A stretch of DNA of 63,942 nt, the filler included, from Conidiobolus incongruus B7586 (lineage: Eukaryota): the NCBI GenBank assembly GCA_000697335.1. It is 14 parts of 14 records of this genome, joined end to end, with 100 filler letters (N's around TTAATTAATTAA, not from the genome) between each part and the next. Parts side by side here need not be neighbours in the genome. Positions count along the whole stretch, not along the records: positions 53,262 to 63,942 come from JNEM01006674.1; 13 more parts are not named here. One strand, written 5' to 3'. Numbering within the stretch: the stretch's first letter is position 1; each line of letters opens with the position of its first letter. The notes beneath the pieces were generated by a model that had not been told where the DNA came from, ran no database searches, and worked only from the letters and a program-made list of their open reading frames with translations. Shown here one piece after another: positions 54,215 through 63,942 of this stretch. Position numbers and translations under genes: made by a program.

Positions 54215-54562
54215 TGTATTATCCTAGTGCTGGAAACTAGGATAATTGTATTAAATTAAGTTAGAGTGTGGATAAGTTATAGGATTAGGATGTAGTTATA
54301 TGGAGTTTTATTGGAAGTTCTTGACAAAGACTTGGAGTTAGTTTCCTTTAGATAGATAGATAAATAGATAGTTGGATAAATGGATGAGTGAATAGATAGA
54401 TGACTGGATGAATGAATAGATAGATAGATCCCTGTTGTATTTCCCCTTTTTGATATTGGGATAAGAATGGATCAATTTAAGGGAAAGTAGAAAAGAGATA
54501 AATTATGGGTAAACTGATATTAAAGGTAAATATATATGGACTAATTGGGTAGATATGTGACA
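54215..54562 (-). mobile_element. 5' LTR (348 bp) with adjacent primer-binding site
   Basis: Minus strand TGTCACA ... AATACA immediately followed by TGGTAGCAG (54214-54206), a tRNA-iMet-like PBS. Contains (TAGA)n runs. Confidence 0.85.
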
Positions 54563-54729
54563 TCAAATTTAAATTTAATTTTAAGGTTGAAGAAAAGTTG
54601 TTATTAAATTAAAGAATATCTAAAACTAAACTAATATTAATTAGTTAGTTAAAATTATTTAAGTTATTTAAATTATCATAATAATTAAATATTAAATGAA
54701 AATTAATATTATAACTATTATTCAAATTA

Positions 54730-56049
54730 TTAGTATAGAAATTAAGAAATGGCAAATTTTTTAATTTCTGATCTTTCAAACATATTATACATTTTGAAAG
54801 ATTATATATATATATATAATATATAGGAAAATATATATTTTCAAACTATATATATATTCAATTTTAATTATTTTTTTTTATTAAAATATTTTGATTTTAA
54901 AATTTACACTTAAATTTAATCATGCTTAAACCAGATTGTGATTATCAAAAGGCTTTTATTTTTGTATCTTTAAAACTTAACCATAAACCCTCTAAAATCA
55001 TCCAAAACTTGCAAACAGCTTATGGAGATGGTGCTTTATCTAAAACTACCATATATCACTGGATTTGTGATTTTAAAGCTGGAAGGGACACTATTCAAAA
55101 TTTACCAAAATCTAGGAGACTAATTTCTACTGTCACTTTTTTATTTACCAATAGAGTAAAAAAATATATTAAGAAATACCCTTTTATTTCTGCTAGAGAA
55201 CTATCAAAGCAATTTAATATTAATTATACAAGCATGTTATATTTACTTAAGTTTAAACTTGGATTAATTAATAAAAATACAAAATGGATACCTTATAATT
55301 TAACAGAAACCTAAAAAAAACTAGAGTAGCTATAGCTAAACTAAACTTATTAAGGTATAACCAAAAACAAAGGTTTTTACAGTGAATACTTACAATTGAT
55401 GAATCTTAGATTCCTTTATATAATCCTTTACCTAAAAATAAAACAAAATGTTGGGTTAAGCCAAATCAATCCCCTCCACAAATTCCAATGAATAAGCACT
55501 TTGAATATAAGCAAATGTTGATTGTTGTAATGGATTATAATGATATATAGTCTTCTTATTTAATACCTCAAGGAAAATCAATCAATAGTAAGTTATATAT
55601 TACTTTTTTAAATAAAACAATTTCTAAATGGTGTTCTCAATATAAATTAAAGACACCTATTATTTTGCATAATAATTATAGAAAACATAAAGCTTAAGCT
55701 GTAAAAGATTTTTTATATAAAAAAAATTGGAGGGAGTTACCACATCCAGTATATTCACCTGATTATAATCCATGTGATTATAATTGTTTTGGACAATTAA
55801 AAAAACTGCTTACAGGAAAAAAAATTCCTGCAAACAAATTAATTTGGTTTGTGAAACATCAAATTTCAGTCCTTAATAAAAAGAACTGTTTTTTAGGTAT
55901 TAGAAGCTTACCAAAGGTATGGAAAAGAATTATTTATAATAAAAGAGGCTATTAATCTTATATTATTCATTAATTTTTATATATTATTTATTAATTTATT
56001 TGTTTAATTTTAATTTTAAAATTGTGCCATTACTTAATTTCAGCACTAA
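54730..56049 (+). mobile_element. Best-preserved mariner (DD34D) element, 1320 bp; transposase pseudogene 54922-~55955
   Basis: TA|TTAGTATAGAAATTAAGAAATGGCA ... TGCCATTACTTAATTTCAGCACTAA|TA. Motifs AYGDGALSKTTIYHW, KWIPYNLT, ILTIDES*, ILHNNY, LPHPVYSPDYNPCDYNCFGQLK (mariner WVPHEL and YSPDLAPxD). Confidence 0.95.
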
Positions 56050-56051
56050 TA

Positions 56052-58479
56052 AATAGTATATTAGTTGAAATAAGTTATAAATTAATTAAATTAAAAGAAT
56101 AATTAAAAGAAAAATTGTTGATAAAAATAAAATTAACCTGTTAGATATTATTTTTAAAATTAATTAGAAAGTGTTATTTAAAAGTAAATTTAAGAAAATA
56201 AGTAAATGTCACTTTATTTAATTTAACCCTAGAATAATATTTTAATGTATTAAAATAGTAATAAAGTTGAATTATTTGGTATACTAATTAGAAAATGGTA
56301 AAAGAGTTAAGACAAGACTTATAGAAATATATTTAAATTTATTAGCTAAAATAAGTTTAATAAGAAAAAAAATAGGGACAAGATTAAATTTTAAATCTAG
56401 TTGATTATTGTTTAATTAATTAATAGACTATTATTAAATAAAATATTCACCTTTATATTAAAAATTAAACCAGGAAAAATCAATAGAAAAATCTATAGAA
56501 AAATTAAAAGATTATTATTAAAGTCAGGTGATAAAACAGAAATAGATGATAATTGAAGATTTTAAGTTAAATTTCTTTAGGTTAGATATTTTTAAGTATC
56601 AAAGCTTAAATTGTAATATTTAGTGATTTTGTCATTATTAATATTATATAGACAAAGTAAAAAGGATATATTGAGATTATTATTAGTTATATTAAATATA
56701 ATAGTTAAGTTTAAGAATAATTTAATAATTAATGAATTAAGATAAGTAATTAATTAGAAAGAAGGATTAATAAGTTTAATTACTTAATAAAGATAATTTA
56801 AACTTATTAATCTATTTTTTTTCATTTTTATTTAAAAACGGTCCGTTTAAATTATAAGGAATTAAATTTTTAAGGACAAGTTAAATAATTATTAGGGTTA
56901 TTTAATTAACAACAATAAATATATATTATTTAAAAGAATATGTTTAAATGGTTTTAATATAAAAAAAACATATTTTGTAAGTATAGCTAATACTTTTTTA
57001 TTAGCATAAATATTATTAATAATTATTTGATTGAAATTTTAAATTAATAAATAAGAATAAAAAATAAAAAGCAATAAAAAGAAAAAAATGAATCTTTTTT
57101 GTTCTGATTTCATATATAATAAGTTAAATTTTAAAGTTAACTTTATAATATATTTAAAACAGTTATTTTAAAAAGAAATTAGTGAATTAATTTTATTATA
57201 GATTTTTTTTTAAGTTTATTTACAAATCTTATAATTTGATTACAAATATTTTATTAAATAAGATAGTTTTTAAAGCATTGATTTATATCTAAATAATTAA
57301 CAATAATGGTAGTTTGTTTTAAATTTAAAAATTTATGATAAATAATATTTTTTAAGTTAAAAAGATAAAATTTATCTTTTTTTTGTTTAAATTATTTAAA
57401 ATTATTAATATAATTAAAGTTACACTTTCTAAAAAAAGGTAATATAATCTTTAATAGTTTTTTAACTAAGTTTCAATATTATCTATTAAATAAATAAATA
57501 CTAAATCTAATTACTCTAATAAAGTTATTAAAATATATTTAAAATATATCTTAAAAGAGTTTAAAAAATCTTTGATTTGTTAATTTTTTCTAAAACCATA
57601 TTAGTTTTTTAAACGTTTAAAGAGTAATTTATAAAAATATAGAAAAAATCTTTTAGGTTTATGATATAAATAGACAAAAAGTTATTTTCTTTTAATTTTG
57701 ATATTTAAAGAATTAATAAATTAAGAGGTTTATTCTTTGTTAATCATTTAATTAGTAAAAGTAATCATTTAGGTTATTATTTTTATCAAAGGAATCTTTA
57801 ATAAAAACAACTTTTAAGATTTAAGAAGTATCTTTATGCTAGTTAGAGGAATTTTCTTGATTTTGTTTTATATGAGTTAAAACAATATATATTGTTATAT
57901 TGGTTTTATCTAAAGAAATTATAATATAATTAAAAGAGTAGAGATAAATTGATGTAAAAGATATAAAGAGAAAATAAAAGAGAGAAGGTTATAAGGAAAA
58001 TAAAAGTTAAAAACAAATAAGAATAAATAAGAAAAATTAAGAAAATATAAGAAAAAACATAATGAATGATTCAGATTTATTGAGGAGACTATCAAATTTT
58101 TATTATATTATTTTTTAATTTTGAGTTAAAATAAGAGAAATATAGCTTTTCTTATTATTATTTATTATTTTAATATTAGAAACTAATATGATTATATTAA
58201 ATTAAGTTGAATTATTAATAAGTTATATAATTAAAATATAATTATAAAGTTTTATTAGAAATCTTTCATAGTGACTTAAAGTTATAATTAGGTAATTAGG
58301 TAAATTAATAAATGAATAGATAAATAAAGAAGTTGATAGATAAATCCTTATTATATTTTCCTCCCTTTATACTAAGATAAGAATAGATTAATTTAAGGGA
58401 AAATAGGATAAAATGTAAATTATAAGTAAACTAACATAAAGGATAAATATATATAGATTAATTAGATAGATATATGATA
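56052..58479 (-). mobile_element. Older hypermutated copy of the 53262-54562 gypsy family (5' LTR ~58160-58479, gag ~57200-57900; left extent uncertain)
   Basis: 57240-58479 aligns by eye to 53285-54562, with mostly C->T/G->A differences. Confidence 0.8.
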
Positions 58480-61400
58480 ATATATGAATTAAAAAGGTAA
58501 AAAGCTTATTCAAAAGTAAGGGTTAATTTACATTGTTAATAATATAGCTAAAACTTATTTAACTTATCTATTGTTATTTATAATCCTTATTTTCTTCATA
58601 ATTTTTTTGAATATATTAATATTCTTTTCTATCTCTCTATTTGCTTTTAGATGGTAAGTAATATCCTTTAATTTATTAATTTTCTAGTTGCTACATTATT
58701 GTTTAAGCTTTTGTGAGATAAAAGCTAGTATATTATTTGTTATCAACTCCTTAGGTATTTTATAGTATATAATTAAATTATTTAAAAAACTTATTATTAT
58801 TTTATTCAATTTAAAAACTAACATTATCTTTATCTACCTTGTGAAATAGTTAACTCCAGTGATAAATTTATTTTTTGCACTATTTGTCTCATTAAAATTT
58901 CTAAAATCCATCTTTATTTTTTATATATGATAGTGTGATATTATAAACTTAAATTGTTTTTAAATGAACTTATTATTATACCTCTAACACCATTTATAAT
59001 CATTTACTACTTCTATATAGTTATTCCACATATTTACCCAATTGACATTTATTCTCATCACTAAATATAATTTATAAACTCTATAATATCCTTTAAAGTT
59101 TGATGATAGTATTTTTACACCTTTTGTCTTTCTTCTTGGTAATCTATTAATTATTTTTTATATTTTACATCATTTATATTATTATCATTAATAACCTCTT
59201 TAGTTTTTACCAAATCAATTAATTAAAAGAGTATATTAACAATATAATTACTTTCTCCTTTTTTATAAACAATATTAAAATTATAAAAAAAATATTTATA
59301 TACTTATTTACTTAATCTACCCTTTAATTTTTCTTTATTTTTTAATACTAATAAAGCATAATAATTAGTAATAATGGTAAATTTTATACTATATATATAA
59401 TAGTAGAAATGTTTCACATGTTATACCATAGTGAAGCCTTTTAAGTTTATAATACTATAATCGCTTTTTGCTTTTGTTAAAGATTTAAACTTATAAGCAA
59501 TAAAATAATTCTTTTCTTTTTTATTCTTCTATATTAATAAAACACCTATATTTATTATATTTATATTTATTTTAATCATATACTTCTTTTTGAAATTTAA
59601 ATGATATAATATAATTTATTTTAACAACAACTTTTTTAAGTTATTAAGAGCTTCTTATTGTTTTTTACCCTAAATAAAAAATATATTTTTCTTTGTTACA
59701 TAATTTAATATATGACATATAAAATTATAATTATGAATAAACATTTTTACAAAACCTAGAACACCTATTAACTTTTTAACTTCTTTAATGTTTTGTGATT
59801 TACTTATATTTGTAATTATTTCTAACTTTATTACATTTATTTTCATTTTTTCTTTACTTATAAAATAACTTAATATTTTAACCATATTAAAACAAACTTA
59901 TATTCGGTAGTATTAAGCTTTAAACCCCCTTTCTTTAATCTTATTAACAATTCCCTTTTATCTGCTAAATATTTCTCAAAAGTTTAAGAGTATATAATAA
60001 TATTATTATTATATATTTTTATATCTCTTGGCTTTAAATCTGAAATAATTTAATTTAATAATCTTTAAAATGCTGCTTTTAACATTGATATTTTTATTAG
60101 AAAAACTCAATATTAAAATAATCCTGTAACTAAATTAAAAGCAATAATTAACTTTGAATTTTTTTAATAGCAATTAATAATATCCTTTTATTAAATCTAG
60201 TATTATGAACCATTTAGATTCCCTTATACTATCTTAGTAATTATAAATTTATAAAACTAGATAGTTATCTAGTTTAATTGTTTTGTTAGCTCCTTGATAA
60301 TCAATAGCAACTTTTATTGATCCATCTCCTTTTTTCAATAAAATTATTTATATAGCATAATTAAAAGTTAAAGGATTAATCAAGTTTACTTTTAGAAACT
60401 TATTCACTTTTAAAATTTCTGCTTCATTTTCTTTTAAGGATTCTTTTGTTATGGTTATAATAAAGCTAACTCACTATTTATAAAGATTTCATATTTATCA
60501 TTTGCTTTCCCTATATTATATTTAGAAATAGAAAAAAACTCTGTTAATCTTTTGAATATAGCTATTACCATATCCCTTTCTATCTTTAATTCAACTCTTA
60601 TCTTCTATTCATTTAAATCCACTTTTTTTCTTTAATCTTGTCTTAACTCATTTATTTCTCCTGTATGTTAATTTTCTTTCCTAAAGTCTGCTACCAATAT
60701 AATACCTATCAATTTATTTGCCCCATTAATTAGCTTGGTTCCTCTAAGACATTTCATCTTAATCTTCAACATTCTTTCATTTTTATTATAAAGATTCTAA
60801 TCTAAACCTGGGGAATATCCTATAATAAAATATTCTTGGTTAAGTAACTTTAATATTTTAATTATCTTTTCTTTACTAATAATTGTTCTTTTTACAATCT
60901 TTAGATTTATTAACTTTTAATCTTAGCTTTCTTTGTTACAAACTATCCTTAAAGTATTATCTTTATATATCTTAACCTATATTTAATTTGCTCTTGTAGT
61001 TAAAAGGTTGGGTTATTTTAATATAAATAATTATCCATAAATTTCCATAAAGTTCTTTTTCTGTTATAAATAAAGATTACTTTTTGACTCTAGTTATTCT
61101 TTAATTAGATATTATATCCTTTAACTCTTAGAACTACTGTTGGTAAAAACATTTCTTTACTTATTATTTTAATTTTTAATGTTTTAAAACTTTCTTAAAA
61201 ATGATTCCTCCTCCTTCTATATTATTAATTTATTTGAATATTATGAAATCTTCCTTTAATTATAATTTTTTGAAAAATTCCTCATTCACTACTATATCTA
61301 TATATCTTAAATCCAATACTATAGTCACTTAAATTATATTTATTTAGGTAAGGAAATATAATATAGATTTTCTTATCTATGTTTAATGTTCTATCTTATA

Positions 61401-62700
61401 TAACAAGGGTATAGCTTTATTTGTGTATTCTTCCAATAAGTATTTAATCTAAGAGATTTGATTAGCTTTTTCTCTGGGTATTATTACTTACAAGTCTTGT
61501 TTAGGCTATAAGTCTAGAATTTTAAAAATCAAAGTTACTCTTTATTCAGGTGTATTTTGTTAGATCATTTGTTCCAAAGAGGGAAATTGTTGCATTTTAT
61601 TCTTATTCAACTTATAGTTTTCCTGTGTTTCCTTTAGGTTAACATCCCTCCTTATATCTTTAGCAGTTAATGATCTTGCTTTTTCATTAATTTTCTCCAA
61701 CATCTATCCTTCTTTAATTCAGAACTGCTGTTAATTATTCAACAGCTGTATTTTTTCCTATAATTATATTTGCTCAAGCATTAGTTCCTTCTTAATCTCT
61801 AATAGATTAATTTTTTTGGGTTAGCTGCAATTAATAGCTTTTGTGGACCTCTTTAATTATTTATCTTTGGTTTTTTCCTTTTATTTACTTCCTATAAAAA
61901 CTCTAAGACTTTTATCTGAATTAGTAATGATCCTTAGACTTATTAATCCTTTTGTTTTTTTATTAATTCAAGATATTATTTTGCTTGATAATCTTTTCTT
62001 AGATAATTATAACAAAATTTATATTATTTAATGACAGCTTGTTATTTGATATATAGTATTTTTTCAATTCCTTCTTTACTTACAGCTTTTGTGTTATTTT
62101 TTACATATGAGTTCTATACTTGGTAAGTAGCTTTTTTATCTTTCTTTATAAAATAAGCTATACTTTTCTTTAGTATATTATCAAACCTATTTGTTCTATT
62201 TATCTCCACTACATTTTCATAAATTATTTCTTAATTTTTTTATCAAAGTATCTGATTTAAGCTATATTCTTCAATTCTAATTTTAATGATCTAATGAATT
62301 TAATAAATAACATATCTTTTTAATGCTTGCCTTTTAATTAACTATATATTAACTCAAATCATTCTAGATTATCTTTAAGTATTTTACTTTTCCCTTAGGT
62401 TATACAAAGTAACCTACTTTATACCATAAGTTTTAATATTTCACCAAAATATCTTTAAATTTCTCTTTTATCTTTTTCCACAAAGTTCTTTTAATGGTAG
62501 CAAACCAATATATTACTTTAGATGATAGGTTTTGAGGAAATATAATTAATTTACTCTGATTATTTATGTTTATAATATTAAATCTCATTTTTAGCTATGT
62601 TAAAAATGGCTTTACATTCTTTTGTTTTCCAGTAAATTCCTGTACCTTGAAAAATATTCTTAAGTCAAACTTAATATACTTATCATTCTTAATAGAATTA
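58480..62700 (-). mobile_element. Highly degenerate Ty3/gypsy element (gag-PR-RT-RH-IN order), cut within integrase
   Basis: RT thumb remnant in ORF 59670-59885 (KEVKKLIGVLGFVKMFIHNY). DGSIKVAIDYQGANK at ~60285-60330. Integrase KMDF..GVNYFTR* at ~58830-58915. Confidence 0.75.
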
Positions 62701-63942
62701 CTATATTATAAAAATCCACTGTTCATAGTTGTTTAAATTTTAAGATAGCTAGAATTTATATTAGAATTTATATTATTAGAAGTGATATTTATAAAAGAAT
62801 CAAATAATAATATTTGATTAATAATAAAAATAAAAATATTTGTTTGATTTTTAAGAATAACCTAGAACCTTCTATTATCAAAAAAAAACAACTTATATTT
62901 ATATTATAAAAAATACAATTAAAGCACTAGTTGCAAATAATCAAAGTATCATCTATTAACAAGAACAAGATTTCTCTTTTAGACACATATTTTTAATAAA
63001 TACAAAATTTGAATTATTAATAAAATATTTAAATTAGAAATGATGACTTGATTATAATTCTATTATATTAAATAATATATATTATTCAACCTTTTATAAT
63101 ACTCTAAAACAACTTTTGTTAATAAAAATCTATTATATATTTTGATTTTTATTAATCAACAATAATGAATAAATTATCATATTAATATGAATTATTTTTT
63201 TATAATATTATTTTATATCAACCAATTTCAAACATATATTAATTATATTTAATTCAATATTTCTATATGAATAGCTTATATTTTTGAATAATTTTAAATA
63301 TATATTAGATGCTAATAATATATATAAAATCAATCCAATTAATAAATATATTGATTATAAATTAATCTTTATTTTTTTTATTTCTACCTTATATTATTTA
63401 ACAAAGCTATATATCACTATATTTTTTAATCTTGTTTTAAAAATATGATAACAAAAAATAGATATTTATTTGAACAATATAAGTGACCTTAAATAATTTC
63501 TCAAAATTAGTTTAAACTATATTATTATTTTTAGTAATATTTTTAGAATTTTCTTAAAATTAATAATATTACTCTGAATATAATTTTATTAATTATTTTT
63601 CAAAAAGAGTTTAATAAGGTAAAAGTTTAAAAAATAATATTAATATTATATACTAAAACTATTGATATTTCTATAATATATAATTACTATTAAATAAAAT
63701 AAATATTAATATATAATATTAAAATAGACAAAATAAATATTTACCAAGGTATCAGCTATTATATAATAACTATTTTATTATTATTAAAGCTTATTGTTTT
63801 GATATATTAGTTGTTATTTCTGATTATATATTGTATGTTATATTTTTAATTATATTCTATAATTTCAATTATAATATATAGAATCAATTGACGTTGCTAT
63901 TTTAAAAGGTCAATAATAATATCTTTAATAATTAAAAATTTT

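Overview
Extremely AT-rich eukaryotic scaffold, almost certainly fungal: it has a Chs4/Skt5-type chitin synthase activator and many ~50-60 bp GT-AG introns. An early-diverging lineage such as Entomophthorales is plausible but is inference only. The window is broken by 100-bp gap linkers (N-run TTAATTAATTAA N-run). Host genes are a CaMK1-like kinase (9 exons, -), PEX10 (7 exons, +) tail-to-tail with SDS22 (9 exons, -), a Sel1-repeat Chs4/Skt5 activator with a CaaX box (2 exons, -), and an unrecognised secreted Cys-rich protein (-) split by an apparent 1-nt frameshift. That last gene lies just downstream of a ~200-bp tandem array carrying repeated TCGGA motifs. Most of the remainder is transposon: about 9 copies of a mariner (DD34D) family, about 10 copies of a Tc1 (DD34E) family with inner direct repeats, and several nested Ty3/gypsy elements and solo LTRs. 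The most striking signal is graded, repeat-restricted C->T/G->A hypermutation (CpG first, then CpA, some CpT), which resembles RIP. Host genes and a few young retroelement segments keep their CpGs. Coordinates were read by eye, and ends of degenerate copies are approximate.
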